Source: Octopus vulgaris
Lineage: Eukaryota
NCBI GenBank assembly: GCA_951406725.2
Contig: OX597834.1
Coordinates: forward strand, 4,030,001 to 4,094,000
DNA: 64,000 bases
Reading direction: 5' to 3'
The notes below the pieces were generated by a model, which did no database searches, had not been told where the DNA came from, and worked only from the letters and a program-made list of their open reading frames with translations. Both the position numbers and the translations under genes were made by a program. Shown here piece by piece: positions 50,905 through 64,000 of this stretch. Numbering within the stretch: the stretch's first letter is position 1; each line of letters starts with the position of its first letter.

Positions 50905-51671
50905 TCAATGTTGGATTCTGCAACTCTGTTAACTCTTTTAAGTATGCTTGCAAATATATAAGCAAAGGTTTAGATGCTGCAACATACAACCTTATGCAGT
51001 ATGACAGAGGAAGATACCAATGAGTACCAATGAGGCCCTTTTGGCGCATCTTCGATTTTCCCATTCCTGAGAGGCACCCAGCCATCATTCATCTGGGTGT
51101 CCATCTAAAGAATGGCCAAAGGGTTATCTTCACAAAACAAACAGCCTTGCAACGAGCACCTTCACCAAAAGAAACTACCCTTACTGTCATTTTTTAAGTT
51201 GTGTCAAGAAGATGAAGATGCAAGAAAACTCCTTTACCCACAATTACCCAAGTATTACACCTGGAGAAACAATAAATGGTACAAGAGAAAAGGTGGAGCT
51301 GATGCTCTTGCAAGAGCCAAGCAGAATGCTACTACTTACGGCTCCTTTTGCATGAAGTATGTGGTCCCAAACCATTCCAAGATTCAAGAAGGGTAAATGG
51401 TCATGCGTGTGAAAGTTATAGGAAGCATGCCAGAAATTCTCCTTCAATGCTAAATTCTCCTTCAATTCCAGGCAGTGATAACATCAAAAAATACCTTAGG
51501 AATGAGAACCCAGGTTCGAATTTTCCCCAAGACACCTGATGAAGACTGGAGAGTATAACAGCCAAAACGTTGTGTTAACAACAAACAAGGTGAGGACAAA
51601 TATCCGTCAAATGTAAATAATTTATGTAAGGAACAGTTTCAATCCCGGGCAATGTTGGGTGCCTCTGCTAG
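50905..51671 (+). mobile_element. Helitron RepHel fragment with 3' hairpin and CTAG, containing a nested hammerhead repeat
   Basis: FNVGFCNSV...CKYISKG, WRIFDFPI...HLGVHLKNGQRV and FFKLCQEDEDARKLLYPQLPKYYTW. Terminus cccgggcaatgttggg...CTAG|T at 51644-51672. Confidence 0.85.
51531..51576 (+). ncRNA. Minimal type I hammerhead ribozyme relic (GAAA>AAAA)
   Basis: GACAC-CTGATGA-a-GACTG-gagagtataa-CAGCC-AAAAC-GTT-GTGTT. Stem II is present with one mismatch. Same family as 116-144. Confidence 0.7.
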
Positions 51672-52303
51672 TATGTGTGTGTGTGTATAGACAGATAGAT
51701 AGATAGAGAGAGAGAGACTGATTGTGAAAGAAAGAAAGTGGGATATTTGTCGATCTAAAAGTTGAATTATTTCCCATAGCAAATTATATTTCAGACAATA
51801 TTCTCAAATTTGCTTTTCTTGAGGGCACACCAGTTCAGAGCCTTTTGGGGCTAAACACATACATAACCACATACACTTGCATTTATATAGTAGAAGATAT
51901 GCACACATATGAAAAATAAGTATATATTACTCTACTCTTTTACTTGTTTCAGTCATTTGACTGCAGCCATGCTGGAGCACTGCCTTTAGTCGAGCAAATC
52001 GACCCCGGGACTTATTCTTTGTAAGCCCAGTACTTATTCTATCGGTCTCTATTGCCGAACCGCTAAGTGACAGGGACGTAAACAAACCAGCATCGGTTGT
52101 CAAGCAATGCTAGGGGGACAAACACACACACACATACATACATGACAGACTTCTTTCAGTTTCCGTCTACCAAATCCACTCACAAGGCATTGGTCGGCCC
52201 GGGGCTATAGCAGAAGACACTTGCCCAAGATGCCACGCAGTGAGACTGAACCCAGAACCATGTGGTTGGTTAGCAAGCTACTTACCACACAGCCACTCCT
52301 GCA

Positions 52304-52352
<49 letters not shown>

Positions 52353-52861
52353 TTGCCACATCCAGTTTGGCAGCCTGATGTTTATCCTTCAGGCCCAAGT
52401 TTGGTGTGTGGAACCTGTGACACAGCATCTCTTCTCGTCTGGTTCTGTTTTCCACACCAGAACTTTAAACTTTGGGCTTTGCTTAGAGGACAAATATTTT
52501 CTCCCTCCAGCCCACACCCGATTCAGATTCATTTCACCCCTTCTCCTCCTCTATTACTCTCCACTACATGTACCCACATAATATGCTATACTTTCGTATC
52601 ACGCATACACACAACCAAAAGAAAATACACATGTGCATACTGACACCTCCCTATATGCACACACATTAATTTGTTCTGGATACACGCTTCACAGCATAAT
52701 GTGGTTGATATATGCATCGACATGCGCACATACATATGGTTAGCCAACAAATGCACCCTCGCAACAGAAGAACAGACACACATGTTTACATACACAGCTA
52801 CCAAGTTTAGCCCTTCACACTACACTCTAAAATTGATCCAACAAATACACACACACACACA

Positions 52862-53210
52862 ATTACTCTTTCGTAAAGACCCCCTTTCAGTGATGAATGA
52901 CCATGGGACGGCATCTAGAAAGTTCCCCCTCTAAGACACAAGTCTGGGGCAAGACTGTTTATGGAAGACCAACAGTCACCCATGCATACCAGCCATTCCT
53001 CTCCATGCCACTGATGTTATCCAAGGGAAGGGCAAAGGGGCCGATATAGCTCGGCACCTGTGACATCACAACTCGTTACAACAGCTGAGCAAACTGGAAC
53101 AACGTGAAATGAAGTGTCTTGCTCAAGAACACAACACGCAGCCCTGTCCGGGAATTGAACTCACAACCTCATGATTGTGATCCTGACACTGTAATCACTG
53201 AACCACACAC
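52862..53210 (-). mobile_element. tRNA-derived SINE with V-domain-like motif and a different tail
   Basis: Minus strand reads gagttcaattcccgg...gtgttcttgagcaagacacttcatttcac. Confidence 0.7.
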
Positions 53211-53549
53211 TTTACACATACATACCCTCACACAAACACTGATACGTACACACACATTATTCACCTCTCGTTCTCTCTCTCAATTTTTTGGACAACTAAC
53301 TCAGCTGGTCTCCAGCTTCTGGTCTCCAGCTTCTGGTCAGTCAATGCAATGGCCACCATGTAAGACCACCACATGTGGATGACCATGCCTGGACTCTTCG
53401 TTCCATTTTTCTTTTTCTCTTTCCTCTCTTTTCCTCTCATATATATTCTGGGGAAAGACAATGTCTGAAGCATCATGACTGACAATTTCTACTTTTCCAA
53501 CCATCAAAGCAATCAGTGTTTTGTCCTCTCCCTCAACCAAAGAAACGGT

Positions 53550-53728
53550 GACAATGACCACAACAACAGTAACATCAACAATGGTAATTCCAGCAACAAT
53601 AACAAAAGCAGAAGCAACAGTGACCACAACAACAACAACACACACAGTGACAACAACAACAACAACAACAAACACAGTGACAACAACAACAACAACCACA
53701 GTGACAACAACAACATCATCAACAACAA
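53550..53728. repeat. (CAA)n-derived low-complexity repeat
   Basis: Repeated cagtgacaacaacaac units. Confidence 0.9.
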
Positions 53729-55867
53729 GGAAAGCAGAGAGAACTGGAGAAATAATGAATGGATATATGTTGGCCTTCCATACTATGGAGAGAGAATAGA
53801 AAACAAGAGAAAGGCACATCAGAATCACAAGATGAGGTCACGTCCTTAGGCACCACTTCTCTTACATCTGACACCACCAACATTGTGGTGGGGATTTCTT
53901 CACCCTTATACTGACAAGCGGGATGGATCAGTCAACCTCAGAATAAAGGAGACACACTTCATTAAAAGGAGACCACTCAGCCTTAACCTCCAGAATACTT
54001 CCAGAGCCTTTAATGAAACTTTTTTTGGGGTTTTTTTTTTTTTAACTTTGTGTAGTGTATTAAAATTTCACCATTTCACACTTCACTTTTTCAATTGTTC
54101 TTTTTTCTCCATTTTTTAAAAATTTTTTTCCCTTCTCTTCTCTTCTCTAATTTATTCACCACTTGTTCTTGAGTATTTTAAAAGTTTCTTAACTTAATTT
54201 TCCTTGGTTTATTCAGTTATAATATTTCATCCTCATCCTTTACCTTCCTAACCTTTCCAACTATAAATAAATATATATATATATACACATACATACACAC
54301 ACATATGTATGTATGTGCATATACAACAGTGACAATGACCACAAAGTTTTACTATAATGAATACCAATATTAGGTATAGAACATTTTTTCCCCACTCTTA
54401 GCCATTACCCAAGTCAAACAAAATTAAAAAGGAATCATTACAATAAATTACAATGAAAGAAAAGGGAGCCCCAGTTGCCAAGAATTCTTGCAACAAAGAG
54501 GCGGGGAAAATGTTTGAGGAAATAATCCTGCAAAATTAGAAAACAATCCTGTAAACATAGAATATCAATTGTGGCATGCACGATGCAATGAGTAGAAGCC
54601 CAGTCACCTTAGTCATGAGTAAGACAAACATATCAACAACATGCAGCTGAGTCAGACATGAGCACTCAATACAAAGGTGTGTTTGTTAGTATCAGTTTCT
54701 TGACATTCTGAAATAGAAATTTTGCAAAAGCAAAGCAAAACAACCCAACTCATTTTGTTGATGCACTAAAAATATGCAAATTTCATTGGTCGGGTTAGCA
54801 TGGAAGTAATTTATCATTTCCTCAAGGCTGAGTAAAGGATGATAGCATTCCGGAAGTGACCACCCCCTTCCCTTCTTTAAATCCAAGCTTCACCTCAAAT
54901 AGAGTATGAATAAAAATTTCATGCAATTTCTGTTAAAACAGTTGAATGTCTTTTATAGAAGAAATATAATAATATTCAAATAGTTACTACACGTTCTGAT
55001 GCTTCTTTCACCGTGTGTAAAAATGGATAGAACAGTACAATTCAAAATCAAAAAGTGAAATACTGTACACTGTACTTTTCTTTTTTTACTCTCCCCCAAA
55101 GAAAGGATACATTAGATTGAGAACATCTGATAAGGATCTTGAAAAATATCCAATGGTTGGACTATGTATGACCATAGAGACCACCTTGGAGGTCAGTCTT
55201 CATAAATAGTATTTATTATTTTTAATGTTGATTCTCATTGTTTTCTATTGATTTCCATTTGCCTTGTTTCCTTCTTATCATGCACCAAAAGATGGTTTGT
55301 TGGCATATCTTTAAATCTGAATACAGCAGAGCCACATTGCACAAATAAAGATTTTGTGAGTTAGCTAAAATTACCCTATACTCCTGTAATTGTTTCTATT
55401 CCTGGACAGTGACCATACTGGAGTACCAGCTTTGAAAGTTTTAGCTGATTACATTGAGACTGGTGCCTTGATACTCATTTTACCAACATTCTAAACGGGA
55501 AACAAGTGGTTTGCTAAGAAGGTGTGACTTGGAATACCACAAACTATTTTGCTTTAATATACCAGTTTCGCTTGACACTGCTGCTGTAGATGTGCAGCAT
55601 GTGCACAAAAAGTGTGGAGGGATGACAGGCTACGAAACAGTTTCTATCACATAACACATACAAGGTATTGGCCAACCTAAGGCCATAGGTAAATGCACTT
55701 TAAGATCAAATCGGGAGTCAGATGGCTGTGAAGCAAACTTCATCACATGATCATGTCTGCACCCATCTATTATAAAAACATGGGCTTTTGCTAACTGGAA
55801 TAGTTGCTAATGAATACCTGGTGTTTAGATGCCCTTTATACATCCAACAATGCAAATGTGTAATAGG

Positions 55868-55947
55868 AGTGGTATCTTAAGCGCAAGTGGTATCTTAAGT
55901 GCAAGTGGTATCTTAAGCGCAAGTGGTATCTTAAGCGCAAGTGGTAT
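55868..55947. repeat. 18-bp tandem repeat, about 4.4 copies
   Basis: agtggtatcttaagcgca four times plus a partial copy, with one C>T variant. Confidence 0.95.
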
Positions 55948-57410
55948 GTGTATAGATGAAGCTCATAAATTGCTATTCAGTAATTCAAATCTATATTTCA
56001 TGGCCACTGGATTTTAAAAGTGCTAAACTGCACTTTTATGAGCTAATTTTCAAGAACAATCTTCTGTTTTTTTTAATATGAAACATTTTATACATCTAAT
56101 ATTTATCATCATCATCTAATTAGCAAAATGATGATTGGTCTGATCATATGCCATCTTCAAATATTTTGTGGATATAGTATTCTTTTCAGAGACTGGACCT
56201 CATAAACCTCTTCATGAAAATATGAGTTAACTGGGTCACAGTCCTTCCATTCCAAACTTCACTACAGAATCAAGTCACTGTGCAGTGAATATGACTGGAG
56301 ATACAATACATATTCTGTATCTTGGTGTAAATAAAAGCGCAAGAGCAGTTGTCCAGGACAACTATTATATTTTGCTAAATCAGGTTAACCTTTCATAAAC
56401 TTCAGCATTTTCACAGAGCAACAGACTCATAAATAATTTCTTTTGTTTGGGAATGGAAGTAAGAAAAGTAGTGGAAACAAAGTTACAGTCAAAGCACTTC
56501 TACAACCTAAACAATAGCGGGACTTGAATACAGGACTGAAAGTCAATGAAGTACACACGACTACTGTACTCAAATAAAATTAGGTGAGCTTTACTTCAGG
56601 AAAATTGTCTTGATTAACAATTCAATAGATCTTACTTTTTACAGAAGACTATGAAATTTAGTACATCTTTGAAAATGGTTAGAATAACATTTTAAATGTG
56701 TAATTTGCACAACTTCAAAATAAGAACAATAACAGAAAAGGACCAGAGATTGAAATACCTGAAAAAAAATTTGATGCACTTCTGGTTCTTTGTACTTTTT
56801 TTTAAAAATATAATTAATTAATAAAAATTAAACAAAATGGTTTTATATCTTAGAATATCAAAATACTAATAAAAAAAGATATCAAAAAATAATGAAAACA
56901 TTACTAATATAAAAAAAGATATTTTAAAAAAATAATGAAAACATAAATTTCACAATTTTAAATTCTTCAAATTTATCTTCAAAATGCTTTCAAAAGAATA
57001 ATGAAAACTGGTATCAAGAGATAAGATGCACAGTGTAAGATTACCAAAAGAAGCGAGTATGCAGCAAAAGAAAAGTTACAAACTAATTGTAACAAAAGTT
57101 TTACATGTTTAAAGATATAGTAAACGAGATGCAATTAGAAGACGGAATGGTTTTCAGCAGATAAAACAGAGCAGCAGCAACAGCCAGATGAAGAGGGTGG
57201 ACAAACTAACAACATTTACCAATTACACACACATACATCAATTAGGTGTTATTAGCATTAACTGTATTAAATAAATAAATAATTGATAAGTGAGAAAGAG
57301 TAAAGTTCCAGAAGAATTTAGGAAAAAAAAAGAAAAATCAAATCTGTTAAACAGAACGGCTGGGTATAGAGCACAGAATCATGCCATGTAGAAAGATGGG
57401 TTGCACCTAC

Positions 57411-57557
57411 TCGGATATCCAATCCACCAAGATGGTCCAGTGGGGAACGGTTGGCCTGGCAGTCTACCGACCCTCTTTACATAGCTGCCATCAAGATCAC
57501 TGGTGTCGTTATTACAGCTTCTAGAAAACTCGTCTACCATTGGCTGAGCTCCCGATC
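57411..57557 (-). CDS. MAP7: Upstream coding exon of the ensconsin/MAP7-like gene (147 nt, phase 1-1)
   Basis: The minus strand reads ...tgtgtAG|GA TCG GGA...TAT CCG A|GTAGGT. It is stop-free (SGAQPMVDEFSRSCNNDTSDLDGSYVKRVGRLPGQPFPTGPSWWIGYP) and forms a GC/CpG-richer island in AT-rich DNA. Its phase-1 end joins the phase-1 start at 14678. The peptide is not itself recognisable as MAP7, so the link rests on phase and strand. Confidence 0.7.
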
Positions 57558-58094
57558 CTACACATTAAACAGAATTTATGGACGAATCGAAAGAAGCATT
57601 TTTTTTAGAGAGAGAGGGATTAAGAAAGAAACTAAAGGTCTTTTGTTTAGTAAAGGGAAAGAAGAATGAAATCTATAAAAACAAAAGGATTTTAAAAAAT
57701 ACTACTGTAAGGTGTGTGTGTGTGTGTTCATGCATGTAAGTTCAGAATAAGTATAAATCTGCTTTTACTTTAAAAATATGTGTATGATTATCATCTTCAT
57801 CATATGTGAAAATATAAATAAACAAGAATATAGAGAAAATTATGCAGGTGTATAAATGTGTGATGGACGTATTATAAACTCTTTTAAAAGAAGTGAACAA
57901 ATTAAATTTTCTCAGAAAGAAATTTTAAAATTTTCTTTTTATCTTTCTTATTTTATTTCTCATTATTAAAACCATCAACAAATGTTCAGTATCTTCACTT
58001 GTGATATCTACTGAGCAATATGTATGTGTATATATATATATATATGTATATATATTGTGAAATAGAAAGATGAATAATCTTCAATTCACTAATA

Positions 58095-58295
<201 letters not shown>

Positions 58296-60289
58296 TTCTA
58301 CTGAACAATATATTTGGGGGTGGGGTAGAATGGTGTACTGTGTTTCTGTGTGAACGTGTGTGTGTGTGTTTGTGTGAACGTGTGTGTTTGTGTGAACGTG
58401 TGTGTGTGTGTGTGCACATGTCAGGTTTAATACCTAGAACTACACAATTGGCAGGCTTGATAAATAAAAATGAATGATGACAAAAGAAAACAATGAACAT
58501 AAAATAAAAAGAAAAAAAAGGACAAAAAAAGTGACTTACTTCAGAAAAATAGTGTGGGAGAGCGACATTAATTTAGAAATGATTTTTAGGAAACCGTAAC
58601 AATAACTAGAACATTTCTTCAGTCTATCTATTAACTTATCTAGTCACTATCAATAGATAAGTTTTGGTGCAGATTAATTAAGTTCTAATTAAATCAACTG
58701 ATTTAACTGCGCAACGATCATGTGACCTGATCTAATCTAATTAGCTACTTACTAACTACTTAAAGTGTTCCCAGAACACATTGCCATATTAATATTTACC
58801 TTTTATTGATTCAGCTTCCTCAATTTCATCACATTATATGTAAAGGTAGATCAAACAGCTTTGCTGAATTACTTTTACATGCAAAAACTTCAACCATAAT
58901 CCAAAGTAAATTATCGTGTCTTATACATTTCGTTTTGGGAATTGGTTTGCAAAGAGAGGCAAAACTATTGAAAAGGTTGCAAGACGCAACGGAAATTTTA
59001 GGAAAATAAAAATAAGAAAAATTGAAAATTTTACCGGCGAGTGTGTTACATAATAAGGCACAAAAAGAAAATGACTCTCCTCAGACACAACAGAATGGCT
59101 TATACAAATATATCAAAATTTGTTAACATCCTTAGTATTCTGGTTGCTACCTAGCGTTATAGAGTTATAGACATACACTGCCTTCTTCAATAGCTCTGCC
59201 CAATGGAAAGAGTATCAAACCATGGTTATTAATAGAGTAAAGAAAGTAGGAAAACATACTGGGATAGTTTATTATCTTCAGACCTTAACAACAAAGAGAG
59301 CAATAACTGTCACAGAAACTGGACTGAAAAGAAAAGCCACAGGGAATTTTGCATTGTTTGACTTGATCTAATATTTCTACTTTGCAGTCACAATGAGAAA
59401 AATAGTTCGCCCCAGCATGGCCGCGGCCTTCGGGCTAAAACATTTTTAAGGATTTTACCTAGAGATACAGGGTGTTGGGGCTAAATTTGATTTTTGTTTT
59501 TAATGCTTTCTTTTTTTCATGAACAGCTTGATGTATTGGTGAACAGTCAATGGTGTTGGAGAGCATGAAGATTGAAGTTGTGGTTGAGAAAAAGTCAACT
59601 GACATGGAAGACTGGAAGCCTTTTGAATATTGGAAAAGAATTGCCAGTATCATGATTTATGCCAGGTGCCAAAGATACTGGCATCATGACTGCTGCTCAA
59701 TGCTCTGTGAAGACTGTAAAGGTTCTGAGGCATGACAAGTGACATTGTAAAAACCAAGCCACCTCAAACTGGGCGTGTCTCCAGTCATGGTGACACCATG
59801 CCATCCCACATCTTTGAACAGGGTCCCTTAACCCTTTAGCATTTAGATTTGCCTGGCCCACCGTGCCGGTGGCACATAAAAACACCATCCGATCGTGGCC
59901 ATTTGCCAGACTCGTCTGGCACCTGTGCCGGTGGCATGTAAAAAGCACCCACTACACTCACGGAGTGGTTGGCGTTAGGAAGGGCATCCAGCCGTAGAAA
60001 CATTGCCAGATCAGACTGGGCCAGGTGCAGCCTTCTGGCTTCCCAGACCCTGGTTGAATCATCCAACCCATGCTAGCATGGAAAGCGGACGCTAAACGAT
60101 GATGATGATGATGATTTTGAATTCATCATGCACTATTACGTAGTTTCAAGATTTCGATGATGTGGCTGTTTATTTTTAAAATGACATTGTAGGATAGGTG
60201 TGAGAGGCCAGATATGGCTGATTTGAAGATAAAACAGTTAAGACTATTTTGGCCAGATATGGCCAGTTTGAATGCTAAAGGGTTAAGAT

Positions 60290-61025
60290 TCAATTCAGAT
60301 GTGTCTGTGAAGCTGCTGGAGACTGTGGTCAAACCCTGGCTGAAGAGGGTCACTGCTGGAAGGTCATATGTGTAGCAGCACGAAAGCATCTGAAGTGATT
60401 GATGGAGAGGTTCTATGATTTCACCAGCCTCAATTTCTGGTCAACTGATATTCCTCTGATTATCATCCCACAAGTTAATGGATTATTGTGTGTGGAGCAC
60501 AGTTGAGAAAGACACCAACCACTCTGCCTGCAACACAAAGGCTGAGCTGGTGGCCAAGATCAAGGAGGTGTTCAAAGATCTTTCCAGGGACATAACAAGG
60601 AATGCATGTGCTAGGTTCAGGGGGCCATCATGAGGTCACAGTGGAAGCTCAGGCAGCTACTTTGAATGGCATGTAAAAAGCACCATCTGATCGTGGCCGT
60701 TTGCCAGCCTCGTCTGGCACCTGTACCGGTGGCACGTAAAATGCACCCACTACACTCACAGAGTGGTTGGCGTTAGGAAGGGCATCCAGCTGTAGAAACA
60801 CTGCCAGATCAGACTGGGCCTGGTGCAGCCTTCTGGCTTCCAGACCCCAGTTGAACCGTCCAACCCATGCTAGCATGGAAAGCGGATGCTAAACGGTGAT
60901 GAAGATGATCCCAGGCATAATCTAGCTGATTTTCTTTTTTGATTTTTTCAAAGTACTTTATTTTTGGATGACATATTGTTTTCTTTTCCTTTTAAGCAAA
61001 TTCTCAAATTTAGTTGAATACCCTG
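60290..61025 (+). mobile_element. Tc1/mariner 3' part, interrupted by an RTE tail
   Basis: VVKPWLKRV...YV*Q and DYCVWSTVEKDTN...KAELVAKIKEVF. The 3' TIR ends ...aataccctg|TA. Confidence 0.8.
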
Positions 61026-64000
61026 TATATTATGCAACATAAGTTAAATTTGCTTCAAATAGACCTGTCAAATTGTTTTTTCCTTTTTTAATTCCTGTAC
61101 TCATCCACAACACAACTCATGAATACCAGACAAAAATTTCTTGGCTGAGCATAAAGAACAACAAAATCCTGGCACACTATTTTAACTACCTACTGATGTC
61201 AGCAAAACTTCTGACTCCATATATCACTGAACCAACTTGAATTAGCAACCAAATCTTCCTCAAACCAAACACTGTCATCTTAAAAGAAAGGGACATATTG
61301 TAAGCCTGCTCAATCAGGGTTGACCAGAGACTAAAGCCTATTGTTCAAACCAGGACCACTAAAAACATCAAATATAATGATAATCAACAACGTAAAGATA
61401 TTACAAGCTCAGTAGGCAAATATAGGCAAGTGAAATCGAAATTGGGTTTGAAATCGAACCAAATTCGTCAACTGGCACCCATGCCAACCTCCCTTCATTG
61501 GACACTAAACTCTGCTTGCGAAGACCTGTTGGGGCAAGTGAAATTGAAATTGAACCAAATTCGATGACTGGCACCCATGCCAGTGGAGCGCTAACAGCTC
61601 CATCCAAGCAGGATCACTGCCAGAGCAGCTGTCTGGCACGTGAACAAAACATTCGAGCGAGGTCGTTGCCAGTACCTGACTCCTGTGCAGGTGGCATGTA
61701 AAAAACACCATTTTCGAGCGTGGCCGTTGCCAGTACCGCCAGACTGGCCCTTGTGCTGGTGGCACTTTAAAAGCACACACTACACTCTTGGAGTGGTTGG
61801 CGTTAGGAAGAGCATCCAGCTGTAGAAACTCTGCCAGATCAGATTGGAGCCTGGCACAGCCATCTGGTTCACCAGTCCTCAGTCGAATCGTCCAACCCAT
61901 GCTAGCATGGAAAATGTTAAACAATGATGATGATGATGTACACAACACCTGGCACATGTAGAAGACATAGTGAACAAAACAAACCGATGACAACAAACAG
62001 AATAGTCACAGGTATCATTTGACTAACAAAGAAGCTACAGCTTACAATAAGTCACTGCAAGTCAAAATGTGCAATAAAGGCCCCAGTCAAGCACAGGCAA
62101 TAAGGAACACTAAATCCAGTGACCACATCTAGGCTTTCAACTGGCTATCCATATGGAAAAGGTCTCTGTTAACTCAAGGCTATTAGACTATTAGATTCTA
62201 AGACTATTAGAAAAACAACTTTTTGTTCTTTCACTGGCATAAAAGCCAAAGTATTTGCCATCCCAAACTGCCTGCACTAGTTGGTCTCTGCACCGATTTA
62301 TATCTATTACCAACAGGTTAACTCTACAAATATCCTTGAATATTTTCTTATTTCTAACTTCAGCCTCAAGGCTACTCACCAGATGGAACTAGAATTTTGT
62401 GCTCTCTACTTGTACCTAATATTTTGATCTTTGTTATGCTCCTTAATGCCATGGGAGTCCAGCCCATTCTTCCAGGACTGGAGATTACAAACTTAGACAC
62501 ATACACATCATCATCATCGTTTAATATCCATTTTCCATGCTAGCATGGGTTGGATGGTTCGACCGGGGTCTGGGAAGCCAGAAGGCTGCACCAGGCTCCA
62601 GTCTGATCTGGCAGTGTTTCTACAGCTGGATGCCCTTCCTAACACCAACCACTCCGTGAATGTAGTGGGTGCTTTTTACGTGCCACTGGCACAGGTGCCA
62701 AGGGAGGCTGGCAACGGCCACGATCGATTGGAGCTGTTTTATGTGCCACCGGCATGGAAGCCAGTCAAGGAGGCGCTGGCATATAGAAATATATATTTAT
62801 AGAGATATGAATGTGCAGGTGTTTCTATGATTGTCCACATCCCACTAAAATAGGGCTTTCAGATATATTGTCTGCAACAGAATATACAGACACCAGTAGA
62901 TACAAAACCAAAATCTTGTGCCAAAAAGAGTGCATGTGTGACTTAGTTCCTGTGTGTTTGTAAAAGATATGAAAAGAAAATTATGTTGCGAATGAGTAAA
63001 TTGAACCCATGTTAAACATAGTCTGGAGAATTATGAAGCCTGGTTAGCAGCCACCTAACACCAGAAAGATGGCTTTAATCTTTGGAATGTTAAAAAAAGA
63101 AGAATCTTAGCAAATTAGAATGACATTTTGCATGTGTGTTTATAAATGTGTAAGCTAAGTTATGTTATGTTATAGATAAGGTAAGATTTTAAAAAAGTTT
63201 TGGAGTTTATTGGAGCAAAAAGAAGAATATGAATTTGATAAAAGTAACAGATGAAAATATATTAACCCCTTTGTTACAATAGTTTTGTCAAAATACACTG
63301 ATTTGTTTTAAATAATTTTAAGAATAATTTAGTAAAATAAATTAATAGCTAGTGTTTAGAACATAAATGAATGTGGAATTTTAAAAGAACTTGAAAACAG
63401 GAAGTTTGTATCATAGAGCCAGATGTAGTGTGAGGGAGATTGGTAGCAAAAGGGGTTAACTAAAAGAGGGGTGTGAATACTAACAATAGAAAAAAAAATA
63501 AGCAAAATATGGAAAAAAAGTGCAAAAATAGAAACTTTTTCAACTAATATTATCATACTAGATTATTATTATTATTATTATTATTATTACTACTACTACT
63601 ACTACTATTACTACTACTACTACACAATTTTTAAGAGTGTGATATGTAATAAAACACTGATTTTGTTTATTGAACTGAACAATATTTCAACAATATGTCT
63701 GTTTCCTTCAGGTTCAAGATAAGACAAGAATAATGAAAATTTAGAAATACACAGGAATGCAGAAATTTAAACAATTAACTGGGATGTCCCACATTGCTTC
63801 CAAGACCAAATAAAAAAAAGAGAGAAAAGTCAAGTTTCACTTGTTTATAACTGGTTTTAACCCTTTAGTGTTCAGATTATTCTACCAAACTCTTAGTAAA
63901 AAAATATAGGCGCAGGAGTGGCTGTGTGGTAAGTAGCTTGCTTACCAACCACATGGTTCCGGGTTCAGTCCCACCGCGTGGCATCTTGGGCAAGTGTCTT

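Noticed and set aside
53337-53849. Mucin-like or transmembrane ORFs (poly-T/N/V/L)
   Set aside because: (CAA)n low-complexity sequence that is open in several frames on both strands.
55868-55947. CRISPR-like repeat or SGILSA peptide repeat
   Set aside because: Contiguous tandem units with no spacers, eukaryotic context and no splice support.

Overview
AT-rich, microsatellite-dense animal DNA. The SINE/LINE repertoire points to a coleoid cephalopod, probably Octopus (inference). The window is mostly introns of one minus-strand gene encoding an ensconsin/MAP7-family microtubule-associated protein. Three phase-compatible coding exons are supported (57557-57411, 14678-14437, 7772-7487), plus a likely alternative N-terminal exon (30316-30247) and a possible 36-nt microexon (1769-1734). 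The introns hold tRNA-derived SINEs (Nin/Deu-, CORE- and V-domain-like), RTE and CR1-type LINE fragments, Tc1/mariner and Helitron relics, and hAT and TTAA MITEs. The least explained signal is a set of short elements embedded in (TA)n tracts, many sharing one architecture: an inverted arm, a spacer, the direct arm and a unique tail. Five minimal type I hammerhead ribozyme motifs also occur (116, 23984, 40054, 40294 minus, 51531); three lie in such (TA)n-associated elements and two in a tRNA-SINE-like repeat. These look like several non-autonomous Penelope-like/retrozyme families. Repeat boundaries were read by eye and are approximate. Nearly all ORFs in the supplied track are microsatellite or SINE artefacts.
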